Of a stretch of 61,659 bases of DNA, positions 36,624-46,399 are shown in pieces. The notes under the pieces were generated by a model. The model made no database searches and was not told the DNA's origin. It saw only the letters and a list, made by a program, of their open reading frames with translations. Source of the stretch: an uncultured Thermoplasmatales archaeon (GTDB lineage: Archaea; Thermoplasmatota; Thermoplasmata; Thermoplasmatales; GCA-001856825); the NCBI GenBank assembly GCA_964389625.1, contig CAYMEF010000002.1:1-61659 (forward strand). The letters run 5' to 3'. The position numbers were made by a program, and so were the translations under genes. The number at the start of each line of letters is the position of its first letter. Position 1 is the stretch's first letter.

Positions 36624-37796
36624 TTGACATCAATCAGACTGTATATGGTAAAATGGAGCAAATTTATTAGGCTCCTAGAAATTCTCTATGGACATCTAGT
36701 GAAGCTTTATGTTTACGTAGTTAGAAGGCTTCTTTTGCTCATCCCGGTGGTTGTAGGTGTAACGATAATCACTTTTGTTCTCTCTCACGCAGACATAAAC
36801 TTGCTGATTGCTGGTTATGAGGGCAAAACACGCACCACCGCAGCCAGGCTCATAGTAGAGCATGAACTGCACCTGAATGGGCCAACCTATGTTCAATTTG
36901 CTTACTACTTCACGAACCTATGGACGGGTAACTGGGGGTTCCTATCACCCACGGAACCGGTAGATGCAGGTACTCCAGTATTTGTTGAATTTCTGAGGAG
37001 GTTCCCGCCTACTGCGGAGCTGGCCATGATAGCAACAGGTATCATAATTCTCCTAGGTCTACCGCTAGGTGTGGCCAGTGCAGTGAAGAAAGACAAAGCG
37101 GTGGATCACTCTACGAGAATAATTGCAATGGTCGGTTACTCTATCCCCACATTCTGGGTGGGTATTCTGGTTCTAATCTTGGTTGGACCGCACGGTCCAT
37201 TACCTATATGGATTCAAGTACACACAGAAGGACAGATAAATTTTGCCAAGTATGCCTTTTTGTCGAATGGTCATCTAGCACTGTGGGTTAATTCATCCTC
37301 CTCCTCTGGAATTTCTAAGCCAACGGGTTTTATGCTCATCGATACTCTCCTGTATGGAGATTTTCCAGCCTTCCTTGACGCTCTCAAGCACATTATATGG
37401 CCTGCGTTAGTGGTTGCTTTCACTTCTTTTGGGCTTATAACTAGATTTATGCGATCCAGTATGCTGGAAACACTAGGACAGGATTACATTAAGACAGCCA
37501 GATCCAAGGGAGTACCAGAGACGTTTGTGATAAAGAAGCACGCAAGAAGGAATGCATTCGGGGCTACGACAACCGTAATGGGATTATTTTTTGCTGGACT
37601 CCTCAGTGGAGTAACAGTAACGGAGTATGTGTTTGGTTGGCCTGGAATGGGACAGTGGTTGTTTACAGCTGCTGCCGATGCAGACCTTGTCTCTGTTATG
37701 GCAACGACGTTCGTCTTCACGATTGTCATAGTAATAGCCAATCTGCTTGTAGATATCATCTACTCCTATCTTGATCCAAGGGTGAGGCTGGATTGA
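36624..37796 (+). CDS. ABC transporter permease (Opp/Dpp B-type)
   Basis: 'YVVRRLLLLIPVVVGVTIITFVL', 'DYIKTARSKGVPE', and the C-terminal 'YSYLDPRVRL'. The likely start is GTG 36699 (V-KLYVYVVRRLL). Confidence 0.85.
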   Translation: MTSIRLYMVKWSKFIRLLEILYGHLVKLYVYVVRRLLLLIPVVVGVTIITFVLSHADINLLIAGYEGKTRTTAARLIVEHELHLNGPTYVQFAYYFTNLWTGNWGFLSPTEPVDAGTPVFVEFLRRFPPTAELAMIATGIIILLGLPLGVASAVKKDKAVDHSTRIIAMVGYSIPTFWVGILVLILVGPHGPLPIWIQVHTEGQINFAKYAFLSNGHLALWVNSSSSSGISKPTGFMLIDTLLYGDFPAFLDALKHIIWPALVVAFTSFGLITRFMRSSMLETLGQDYIKTARSKGVPETFVIKKHARRNAFGATTTVMGLFFAGLLSGVTVTEYVFGWPGMGQWLFTAAADADLVSVMATTFVFTIVIVIANLLVDIIYSYLDPRVRLD

Positions 37797-38719
37797 ATTC
37801 TCGGGTAATGATTAAGTCACTGCAGTCAAAATATAGTGAATTTGTTAAAATGCTGTTCTTCCTCACAAGAAACCCTGTTTCCACGGCCGGATTGGTTATA
37901 GTCCTTCTCTATGTGTTCGTAGCCATTTTTGGTCCCCTTATAGTAGGAGGGAACCCAGAGATCATGAGACAGGTGCTTAATTATAGAGGGCAGTATATCT
38001 ATTTTACTCCCCTTCCTCCTCAGCCCGCCTTTCCATTAGGAACGACTTTCGGAGGTTATGACATTTTTAACGGCGTGATCAAAGGGGCGCGGACTGACCT
38101 AGGAGTATCTGCTATAGTCGTGTTCAGCGGAGCCATCCTAGGAAGCATCCTTGGTGCCGTGGCAGGATACAAGGGTGGGATTACGGGCGACGTAATCATG
38201 AGAGTGACGGACATTTTCCTTTCTATCCCCTTCATTGTTTTGGCTGTGGCACTGCTTCTCATCTTGGGAAAAACATTTTTGTCAATGATAGAAGCCTTGG
38301 TGATAGTCTGGTGGCCCTATTACACGAGACTCGTGCGCGGACAGGTGCTTTCCATAAGAGAGCAGAAGTACGTTGAAGCATCGGTTGCTGCGGGATCGTC
38401 GTCATTCAGAACGGTGATGAAACACATACTGCCAAACTCGATCTACCCTATCTACGTGCAAATTTCCCTAGACTTTGGAAATGTCATACTCACGTTTGCA
38501 TCTCTGGACTTTCTCGGATTCGGATTTGCAGGAAAGAACTTCGCTGAATGGGGGAGCATAATAAGCCTCGCTACCGAGGGAGGAGCTGGAGTCCAAACAG
38601 TAATTTATTATTACTGGACAATCCTGATACCGGGTCTCGTGTTGCTCCTGTTCGTAGTTGCCATGAATATACTGGGTGATGGACTGAGGGACGTCACTGA
38701 TCCCAGGTTGAGGAGGTGA
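37793..38719 (+). CDS. ABC transporter permease (Opp/Dpp C-type)
   Basis: 'FLTRNPVSTAGLVIVLLYVFVAIFGP', 'YVEASVAAGSS', 'LGDGLRDVTDPRLR'. There is a 4-nt overlap with both neighbours. Confidence 0.85.
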   Translation: MNSRVMIKSLQSKYSEFVKMLFFLTRNPVSTAGLVIVLLYVFVAIFGPLIVGGNPEIMRQVLNYRGQYIYFTPLPPQPAFPLGTTFGGYDIFNGVIKGARTDLGVSAIVVFSGAILGSILGAVAGYKGGITGDVIMRVTDIFLSIPFIVLAVALLLILGKTFLSMIEALVIVWWPYYTRLVRGQVLSIREQKYVEASVAAGSSSFRTVMKHILPNSIYPIYVQISLDFGNVILTFASLDFLGFGFAGKNFAEWGSIISLATEGGAGVQTVIYYYWTILIPGLVLLLFVVAMNILGDGLRDVTDPRLRR

Positions 38720-40158
38720 TCAAGATGGAAGAAGCTCTTATCGTCAAGAACCTGAAAACACAGTTCTTCATATATGAGGGTGTTGTCAAAGCTATTGACG
38801 ACGTCTCATTCACCCTGAGGAAAGGAGAAGTTCTGGGAATAGTGGGAGAGACTGGTTGCGGAAAATCTGTAACTGCCTACAGCATAACTAGGCTCATACC
38901 TGACCCCCCAGGGAGGATAGTAGACGGTCAGATAATGATGGGGAACGTGAACCTTCTGAAGAATATAAAAGACGAGGCGAAAATTGTCATCAAGAAAAGG
39001 CCGAAGATAAAACACAATTACAGGCTCATACGAAGGAATGAATATTTCTACAATAAGATCCGGGGGAAATACATATCAATGATTTTCCAGGAACCCATGG
39101 CTGCACTCAACCCCGTCTACACCATAGAAGACCAGATCGCTGAAACACTCCTGCTGCACAACAGGACCAGGATGCTGAAAATAATAAAATGTTCATCAGA
39201 ACATCTCCCTGACCTTGAAAGAATGAAGAGAGAGGGACGGATAAGCTACACGTATTATGATGAGCTCGGAGAAGAGCTTGAAAAGATCAGTAAAGCGAAT
39301 AGGGGCACGGAATCATTGTCGAGGCATCTTGACATACTTATAGAGAGCGGACGCCATTTCTCCAAGGCAAGGGAGAGATACAAAAACATGCTGAAAAGGT
39401 CATTGGAAGACGACGAACTGGAGGAAAAGTTGCTGGGCAACATTAATGAGGAGGAACAGCTTGAAATAATCAAGGCCCTCTCCAAGGAGTCCAGAAAGGT
39501 CAATCTTGTTAAAATATCAAGGCAGCTCAAGAGAAAGACAAGAGACCCTGTGTTGCTTGAGGCAAGGAGGGAGTCATTCTACCTTCTTGAATCTGTTGAC
39601 ATACCGAATCCATACGGCATACTCAAGGCATACCCTCATGAACTTTCCGGAGGGATGCTCCAGAGAGTCACCATAGCCATAGCGCTGGCGAACAATCCAC
39701 GCATACTCATAGCTGACGAACCAACAACAGCGCTGGACGTAACTGTCCAGGCCCAGATACTCCAGCTTCTAAGAAACCTTCAAAAGGAGATAGGGACTTC
39801 GATAATACTCATAACCCATGACCTTGGGGTCATTGCTGAGACGTGCAACAGGGTCGCGGTTATGTATGCAGGCAACATAGTTGAGACTGCAACAACGGAG
39901 GAACTTTACCATAATCCAAAGCACCCTTACACCATCGGCCTTCTCCAATCCATTCCAAGGGTTGATAACCCAACGAAGGACCTTAAGGCTATCACGGGCA
40001 ACGTTCCAAATTTGATCACGCCTCCGTCTGGATGCAGGTTCCATACAAGATGCAGGTTCGTATTTGACAAATGCAAAGTTGAAAAACCGGAGACTATAGA
40101 AGTATCTGAAGGGCATACAGTTGCCTGCCATCTTTTCTATGGGAAGGAGGTGAGCTGA
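38716..40158 (+). CDS. ABC transporter ATP-binding protein (OppD/DppD-type) with a ~130-aa charged insertion
   Basis: Walker A 'GETGCGKS', signature 'LSGGMLQR', Walker B '[11 protein letters not shown]', and the C-terminal '[10 protein letters not shown]...[10 protein letters not shown]'. 480 aa, against the ~330 aa usual for this family. Confidence 0.9.
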   Translation: MIKMEEALIVKNLKTQFFIYEGVVKAIDDVSFTLRKGEVLGIVGETGCGKSVTAYSITRLIPDPPGRIVDGQIMMGNVNLLKNIKDEAKIVIKKRPKIKHNYRLIRRNEYFYNKIRGKYISMIFQEPMAALNPVYTIEDQIAETLLLHNRTRMLKIIKCSSEHLPDLERMKREGRISYTYYDELGEELEKISKANRGTESLSRHLDILIESGRHFSKARERYKNMLKRSLEDDELEEKLLGNINEEEQLEIIKALSKESRKVNLVKISRQLKRKTRDPVLLEARRESFYLLESVDIPNPYGILKAYPHELSGGMLQRVTIAIALANNPRILIADEPTTALDVTVQAQILQLLRNLQKEIGTSIILITHDLGVIAETCNRVAVMYAGNIVETATTEELYHNPKHPYTIGLLQSIPRVDNPTKDLKAITGNVPNLITPPSGCRFHTRCRFVFDKCKVEKPETIEVSEGHTVACHLFYGKEVS

Positions 40159-40159
40159 T

Positions 40160-41377
40160 TTGGATGATGTTCTCATACAGGGCATAGGGATAAGGAAATA
40201 CTTCCCTATCAAGGGGGGCATATCCGGAAGGACCATGGGGTATGTATATGCAGTGGACGACGTCAGTGTAAAGATATACAAGGGAGAGACCGTAGGACTT
40301 GTGGGCGAGTCGGGGTGTGGAAAAACCACTCTAGGGAGGCTGCTGCTCGACCTTGTGGAACCGACCGCAGGAGTACTGTTTTACAAGCCAAATGAGGGAA
40401 TGGCAGAAGAAGTTGAAAAATTGTATTCCAGCATAACAACAAATAAGCCTAGGGAAATCAAGAGAGAGGAGGGAAAGATCATAAATGCAGCGAAGAAGAA
40501 CGACATTTACAGAAACAAGAGACTCAGGAAAGAATTCAGGAAGAAGGTACAGGTCGTATTCCAGGACCCCGTTTCCTCGCTTGACCCCAGGATGCTTGTC
40601 AAGGATATCATTGCAGAACCACTTCTCATAAACGGGCTTCCGGAGGACGAGCAGGGGATTCCCGACGTAAAGAAAGGACAAAAAAGAAGGAAGGTGAACG
40701 CAAGGGAAGCACAGAGTTACATTCTACAGTCAATATCAGAGATGGGCCTAAACGAGGATCATCTTTTCAGGTTCCCGCATGAATTCAGCGGCGGACAGAG
40801 GCAGAGGATAGCGATTGCGAGGGCGATATCAATCAGGCCCCAGTTTCTTATTCTGGATGAGCCTACCTCAGCTCTGGACGTTTCTGTGCAGGCTCAGATC
40901 CTGAACTTGCTGAAGCAGCTGCAAAAGAAATATGGGATGACGTATCTATTTATAACCCACAATCTGGCAGTTATCAGAGCAGTTAGCGATAGGGTGATCG
41001 TCATGTACCTAGGCAAAATAGTTGAGGAAGCCGCAACTGATGAACTGTTTGAATACCCCATTCATCCCTATACCCAGGCACTCCTGAGCGCAATTCCGAT
41101 ACCAGACCCATCCATGAAGAGGAATATAATAGTGCTGAGCGGAGATGTTCCGTCGCCTTCCAGCCCCCCGTCTGGATGCAGGTTCCATACAAGATGCAGG
41201 TTTGCGCAGGAGATATGTTCACTGAAAGAGCCAGCGCTTGAGGAAATAAGGCAGGGACATAAGGTGGCTTGCCATTTCTCGAAGGACATAGCGGCGTCCG
41301 AAAGTGATATAAATTCGATAAAGAAAGCTGAGCCTGCTGTGATAAACGACCTTCAGCATGTGAACTCTGGGCAATGA
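40160..41377 (+). CDS. ABC transporter ATP-binding protein (OppF/DppF-type)
   Basis: TTG start. Walker A 'GESGCGKT', 'FSGGQRQR', 'LILDEPTSALD', 'IHPYTQALL...[10 protein letters not shown]'. Confidence 0.9.
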   Translation: MDDVLIQGIGIRKYFPIKGGISGRTMGYVYAVDDVSVKIYKGETVGLVGESGCGKTTLGRLLLDLVEPTAGVLFYKPNEGMAEEVEKLYSSITTNKPREIKREEGKIINAAKKNDIYRNKRLRKEFRKKVQVVFQDPVSSLDPRMLVKDIIAEPLLINGLPEDEQGIPDVKKGQKRRKVNAREAQSYILQSISEMGLNEDHLFRFPHEFSGGQRQRIAIARAISIRPQFLILDEPTSALDVSVQAQILNLLKQLQKKYGMTYLFITHNLAVIRAVSDRVIVMYLGKIVEEAATDELFEYPIHPYTQALLSAIPIPDPSMKRNIIVLSGDVPSPSSPPSGCRFHTRCRFAQEICSLKEPALEEIRQGHKVACHFSKDIAASESDINSIKKAEPAVINDLQHVNSGQ

Positions 41378-41395
41378 AAGAAGGATGATGCGAAA

Positions 41396-41677
41396 TTGTT
41401 CTTCATAAGGAAGCTGGAAGGGGAGGAGAGAGAGAAGGCAATAGAGGATCATGGAAAGAGCTGGAGGAGATGGGCCAGGGACGATCTGGCCCGATACTGG
41501 TACATACTTCTCTGCATGTTCGTTGACCTCCTGTTCAACCTGCAGTTCATCCAGTACTATTTCAGATATGGGGGGGAATTGAACTTGATATTCACATTGC
41601 TATCAGCTCTTGCACTTGTCCCTATGTTATATATCGAGTACCTTATTTATAAGAAGCTCTTTCCTGAACGCTTCTAG
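41396..41677 (+). CDS. small two-TM membrane protein (hypothetical), downstream of the ABC operon
   Basis: TTG-initiated 93-aa ORF. It has a charged N-terminus followed by two hydrophobic helices. Confidence 0.35.
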   Translation: MFFIRKLEGEEREKAIEDHGKSWRRWARDDLARYWYILLCMFVDLLFNLQFIQYYFRYGGELNLIFTLLSALALVPMLYIEYLIYKKLFPERF

Positions 41678-42194
41678 ACACCTGATTTATCACGATTCGA
41701 ACATATTTCACAGGCGACTGCATGAAAAATGGCTCATCCGACTTTCATGTGGGTTCATTGATAGAGCTGTAGATTACCGCACATGAAGTGTGTTGCATTC
41801 CTCAGGTGCTCCCTGTTCCTGTAACAAAAAGACATCTCTTCCATGAGTGCTATCTTTGAATTGATGTCCTCAGCACTTGCACTGGTAATGTGGTGGATGG
41901 AATGGTTCAGTATATTGTCAAGATGAACATTCATCAACCTTGCATAATCCTTCATGGCACCGATCGATGGATGCATGACCAAGCCGTACCAGCTCTCCCA
42001 GTATTTCCTTCCACTTTAAATGGAAGGTGCATTCCAGATGTTATTGTCCCCGTTTAAGTTAGACAACTCGATTGAGAGGATAGTTGTACCACAATTCACC
42101 TCCTCTGCTCCCCCGAGGCGATACTATGCATTGATGAGTGTCGCTGGAGGGAAAAACAAGCTGTTAAGAATATTTACTATCCAATCATAGTAGA

Positions 42195-44180
42195 GTGTCA
42201 AAAACATTTATAGAGAAAGAAGGATTGAGCGCTATGAAAACCCAGACTAGCACTTCAAAATTAACTCATTTAAAACCAGAGAACCTTTATGATTTAAAGT
42301 ATATTGGAAATGTTAACGTTGCCGCAGGAAAGATTCTCTTTGAAATGGCAGAACCAAACAGAGAAGAGAACGATTATACGACTGGAATTTACCAATTGAG
42401 TGACGGAAAGGCAGTAAGATTTACAAGAGGGAAAAGGGATTCTAACATTGTCTTTGACAGAACGAAGAAACGTATGGCTTACCAGTCAAAGGAGGGGGAG
42501 AAGACCGTAATATATGTCAGAGACATGGAGAATTACAGCGATTATAGGGTCAAAGAGATAGAGGGTAGAATATTAAAAATGGAGTGGGACGAAAACTCAA
42601 AGGGAGTCTACGTGCTCGTTGAGAAGCGGTCTAAGACGGAAGACTTCAGAATTATCGAGAACATTCCTTTGTATGCCGATGGGAAGGGATTCCTGCAGGA
42701 TCTCAGTTACGAGCTCCTGCACATCGGCACGAGCGGCAAGACTTCCATCATAATGGACGGGAAAGATGAAATCAGGGATTTTGCCATAAGTCCTACGGGT
42801 AAAGATATAGCGTTGGAGGTCAGACCCCTGGGTTCTGACGACTATCATTGTCAGATCGGAATTCTATCTCTGAAAAGGGGTTCCGTATTATACCTAAAGT
42901 CCTCCACAGGTATCCCTCTCAGACCTTCTGGTATAGGAGGGCCCTCTTCAATGGAATATCTTGAAGATGGAACACTTGCGTTCTTCCTCAACAAACAACT
43001 GAGGAGCATTGATGAGGCTCCCGAACTGGTTCTCTGGAAGGACGGCGTTTTGAATGAAGTGATGAAAAATCATGAACTCTCTCCAGGATCCTCCTTGAGC
43101 ATGGATTCTTGGATGGTAAGCTCGAGGCTGATAAGGACGAATGGAAGGTACGTCTACTTTGTTGCCACCGTCCATGGTAGAGCGGGAGTCTATCGGATTG
43201 GCGATCGTGGAGAAATGGACCCCGTCGTGGTGGGAGATTTCAGCATAGACTCGTTCGATTTTGATGATAGCGGACTGTGCTTCGTTGCTCAGAGCTCAAG
43301 CACACCGTCTGGAATATACAGGTACGATGGAAAGGTTAGACTTCTCTATAATGGGAACGAAACAGTCGAGAAGTGGAGACTTGAGAGACCAAGGAATTTT
43401 CATTTCCGTGCAACGGATGGCCAGGATATCGAGGCGTGGATCCTTAGAGGGCGGGGAAAGGGAACGATAGTGAGGATCCATGGGGGCCCGAGAGGAGCTT
43501 TTGGGGAGAGTTTTATCTTTGAAAGTCATCTTATGAACTCCATGGGTTTCAGCGTGATATACTGCAACCCCAGAGGAAGCGATAGTTATGGACCAGATTT
43601 TCATGCTGCGGTTGTGACAAGATACGGCGAAAGGGATTACAAGGACATTATGGAGCTGGTTGAATACTCTGTGAAGGAGTTCGGGTTGGATCCTGACCAT
43701 ATAGGTGTGACTGGAGGTTCCTATGGTGGATTTATGGTAAACTGGATAGTGGGCCACACGAATGTATTCAAAGCAGCTGTCTCGGACAGATCGTTTGCAG
43801 ATGCCATATCTGACTATTTCTCTGGTGACATTAGTCCATCATTCGACTATGACCAGATCGGGGGAACCCCATTCGAGAACCTTGATGTCTACTGGGAGAA
43901 GTCCCCCATAAAGCACATTCGAAACTGTACAACACCCCTACTTCTGATCCAGAATGAGGCCGACTATCGGTGCCCGATCTGGCAGGGATACGAACTTTTC
44001 ACTCAGCTCAAGCTGCAGGGAACGGAGACTAAACTCGTGACATTCAGGGGAGAGAGTCACGACATGCCATTGCTTGGCAAGCCGAAAAACCGTGTCAAGA
44101 GACTGGAAGAGATGTTGGACTGGTTCGAAAGGTTCCTTCTCTCAGAACAAAGGAAGGAAGTTCGACAAAAAACTCAGTAA
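42195..44180 (+). CDS. S9 family peptidase (acylaminoacyl-peptidase / prolyl oligopeptidase-like)
   Basis: N-terminal propeller-like region. The C-terminal catalytic domain has 'GVTGGSYGGFM' (Ser), 'LLLIQNEADYRCP' (Asp) and 'GESHDM' (His). Confidence 0.85.
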   Translation: MSKTFIEKEGLSAMKTQTSTSKLTHLKPENLYDLKYIGNVNVAAGKILFEMAEPNREENDYTTGIYQLSDGKAVRFTRGKRDSNIVFDRTKKRMAYQSKEGEKTVIYVRDMENYSDYRVKEIEGRILKMEWDENSKGVYVLVEKRSKTEDFRIIENIPLYADGKGFLQDLSYELLHIGTSGKTSIIMDGKDEIRDFAISPTGKDIALEVRPLGSDDYHCQIGILSLKRGSVLYLKSSTGIPLRPSGIGGPSSMEYLEDGTLAFFLNKQLRSIDEAPELVLWKDGVLNEVMKNHELSPGSSLSMDSWMVSSRLIRTNGRYVYFVATVHGRAGVYRIGDRGEMDPVVVGDFSIDSFDFDDSGLCFVAQSSSTPSGIYRYDGKVRLLYNGNETVEKWRLERPRNFHFRATDGQDIEAWILRGRGKGTIVRIHGGPRGAFGESFIFESHLMNSMGFSVIYCNPRGSDSYGPDFHAAVVTRYGERDYKDIMELVEYSVKEFGLDPDHIGVTGGSYGGFMVNWIVGHTNVFKAAVSDRSFADAISDYFSGDISPSFDYDQIGGTPFENLDVYWEKSPIKHIRNCTTPLLLIQNEADYRCPIWQGYELFTQLKLQGTETKLVTFRGESHDMPLLGKPKNRVKRLEEMLDWFERFLLSEQRKEVRQKTQ

Positions 44181-44466
44181 CAGAACACGAATAACGTTCG
44201 GGACCCTAAGGGAGAGTCTTCCGAGCTTTCAGGGAGGGCAGGATATCTTTACCCCTCAGATAAAGAGGGTAGTATGGTCGTGATAATGGGACTCGCAGTT
44301 GAAAGATACTGTGCATCACTCCGCTCTTTCTCAATTTAGTGTGTGTCTTGATGCTTCTGGCTCACGGCCAGAAATTCTGTGATGAGATATTTATTGGGGC
44401 CCTGACCACCGCACCAGTTTCTCATTGCACTACTGTGGGAATTTCCAAAGGGCTCCGGAAGCAAGA

Positions 44467-45702
44467 TCACTTGGACAAAAAATCTCTCCTGATGTCGTCT
44501 CTGAATTTTTTGCTGTTTGAAAACTCTTCCGCAGTATCGCTGAGAACATCTATCACTGTGGCAAGTGCCTCTTTCGCCCTGATGGACTTGGCGGCCTTTA
44601 GCGATTGCCTGGAGTGCCAGGGGGTCCCCTTTTCTGCGATTTGGAAAGCTACCTCTAGGGCAGGCACTACCTGAGTGACGTTTGCAAAATCGGTAGAACC
44701 TTCGGGGAGCTCAGACAATGTAGTCTCAAGGGTAGGACATTCGATACCTCTAGCAACCAGCCTTTCCCTTATGCTGTTGGATAACGTCTTGTTGATCTTG
44801 GTAGTGGAGTATAGTCTCCCTATCTTCCGAATTGAATAAGCAGTCTCCGTTGCACTCGCACAACCCTCCACTATCTTCATGAACCTGGCAGTGACGTCTT
44901 TTAGGTATTTAACGTCAGACGTCCTAATTCCGTATGTCAGCACTGCCCTTTCTGGAGTAACGTTAGGCGCAGTTCCTCCTTCCTTTATTATCCCATGCAT
45001 AACGAAGTTGACATCTCTCCTGACGTGTTGCCTCATCATGTTCGCAGCTGTATAAGTGAGTATGGCAGCATCCAGAGCACTCCTTCCATTGTTTGGATTA
45101 GCGGCCTCGTGAGAGGATTTCCCTTTGAACGTGATTTCATAATCAAGGTCCGCGAGAGACTGGTCCCCTACGCTCCAACCATCCCCCGGATGGGAACCGA
45201 GCACCAGGTCGATGCCCTTGAAGGCACCGTTGTCAACCATCACTATCTTTGAACCGGCCCATTCTCCTGATCCCTCTTCATCAGGAGTCCCAAACACAGA
45301 AATGGTGCCATCCCTCATCTTTTCAGAGGCTCGGATTGCAGAAAAGACAGCCGAAGATGCTATCAGATTATGACCGCACGCGTGTCCAATTCCCGGGAGG
45401 GCATCGTACTCTGCTAAGAAAGCTATGGATGGCTTGCCATTTCCCTTGATCTTCTCTGCCTTGAAAGCAGTAGGCATCTCCATGAATTGTTCAGTTATTT
45501 CAAAGCCGTGATCTCTCAGGATATCCGTGAGGATTTTAGATGACTTAAACTCCCTGCTCCCAACCTCCCCAAGCTCGTGAATCTTCAGTGCAAGTTTCCA
45601 GTAATCGAAGACTTTGCCTCTTTCGCTGTCGTTCATTCTTTCTAATATATTTCGTTGGTAAATAGGTTTGGTCAGTCTCGGTGAGATTGCCCTTTTTACC
45701 AA
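44467..45702 (-). CDS. M20 family amidohydrolase/peptidase (AbgB-like)
   Basis: 'EYDALPGIGHACGHNL', 'GTPDEEGSGEWAG', 'SSHEAANP'. Confidence 0.8.
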   Translation of the reverse strand: MVKRAISPRLTKPIYQRNILERMNDSERGKVFDYWKLALKIHELGEVGSREFKSSKILTDILRDHGFEITEQFMEMPTAFKAEKIKGNGKPSIAFLAEYDALPGIGHACGHNLIASSAVFSAIRASEKMRDGTISVFGTPDEEGSGEWAGSKIVMVDNGAFKGIDLVLGSHPGDGWSVGDQSLADLDYEITFKGKSSHEAANPNNGRSALDAAILTYTAANMMRQHVRRDVNFVMHGIIKEGGTAPNVTPERAVLTYGIRTSDVKYLKDVTARFMKIVEGCASATETAYSIRKIGRLYSTTKINKTLSNSIRERLVARGIECPTLETTLSELPEGSTDFANVTQVVPALEVAFQIAEKGTPWHSRQSLKAAKSIRAKEALATVIDVLSDTAEEFSNSKKFRDDIRRDFLSK

Positions 45703-45787
45703 CTAGCCGGTATAATTTCCTCTTCAATTACGGGCCTCGAATGTCGGTCTACCAGCTTTCAGTATACTGCGACATTCAGTATGCTAA

Positions 45788-46063
45788 TTGGTCGCCTGTC
45801 TGAAACCCTTAAAAGCTTCGTTAATTAAAGTCTCAATTCACCTTTCACCACGGAAGAAGTCATTAAGGAATGCTCTACAACAATGCCTTTGTAGACCTCT
45901 AGTGAATCTTTATGTTCACCTAGTTGGAATGCTACCCTTGCTAATTCCAGTGGCTGTACGTGAAACGATACTCACTTTCGTTCTTCCTCACGCAGCCATG
46001 AACTTGCTGAGTGTAGTGGGTGACAGACTGAGAGAGGTGGTTGACCCGAGCCGAGAATCCTGA
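45788..46063 (+). pseudogene. remnant of ABC permease genes: OppB-like N-terminus fused to OppC-like C-terminus
   Basis: 'LVNLYVHLVGMLPLLIPVAVRETILTFVLPHAAMNLL' resembles 'LVKLYVYVVRRLLLLIPVVVGVTIITFVLSHADINLL' (36699 onward). It is directly followed by 'GDRLREVVDPSR', which resembles 'GDGLRDVTDPRLR' (the end of 37793..38719). Confidence 0.55.
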
Positions 46064-46344
46064 TTTAGAATATTGGCCTTCACAACTCATTAAAAACGTC
46101 CCAATGTTCTTGCCAAAACCACGGGACAGTACTATGAGCACAGAAGTGGAACCAACCACTTTAGTGACTCAATGACCGGAGCGGACGGAGTGGTCGGCAC
46201 GATGATGACCGGCGGAGAGGCGATGATGTGAAGGAAAGAACCATAATTAGACACAGTGAGCAATCGCAGTCATTCTATCAAACGCACTTAGCTGCTTGCC
46301 TGAACTGCTGGATAAATTGGACGGCACTTCACCGCACCATTCCA

Positions 46345-46390
46345 GAAAAAAACAAAGAAAGAAACGAAAAATAGGAAAAAAGATAGAAAG
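46345..46390 (-). terminator. oligo-T tracts downstream of the binding-protein gene (minus strand)
   Basis: The plus strand reads 'aaaaaaacaaagaaagaaacgaaaaataggaaaaaagatag'. This gives several T runs on the coding strand right after the stop at 46400. Confidence 0.45.
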
Positions 46391-46399
46391 GAACTGTGT

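Noticed and set aside
41685-41705. 'gattcgaac' (reverse complement 'gttcgaatc'), a T-loop-like sequence that could indicate a minus-strand tRNA.
   Set aside because: The flanking bases do not form a T-stem, and I could not fold an acceptor or anticodon arm around it.
41755-41982. 75-aa minus-strand ORF (His-rich 'LNHSIHHITSAS').
   Set aside because: It is short, is bounded by a stop 11 codons upstream of the ATG, and has no recognisable family. It may be a fragment. The evidence is insufficient to call it a gene.
44339-44674. 111-aa plus-strand ORF.
   Set aside because: It is antisense to the 3' end of the well-supported M20 amidohydrolase gene and has no motifs.
46141-46240. Repeated 'atgaccgg(a/c)g...gatgatg' elements resembling C-box (RUGAUGA) motifs of a C/D box sRNA.
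   Set aside because: No D or D' box (CUGA) lies at the expected spacing, and there is no terminal stem. The elements sit within a region of decayed coding sequence next to the permease remnant.
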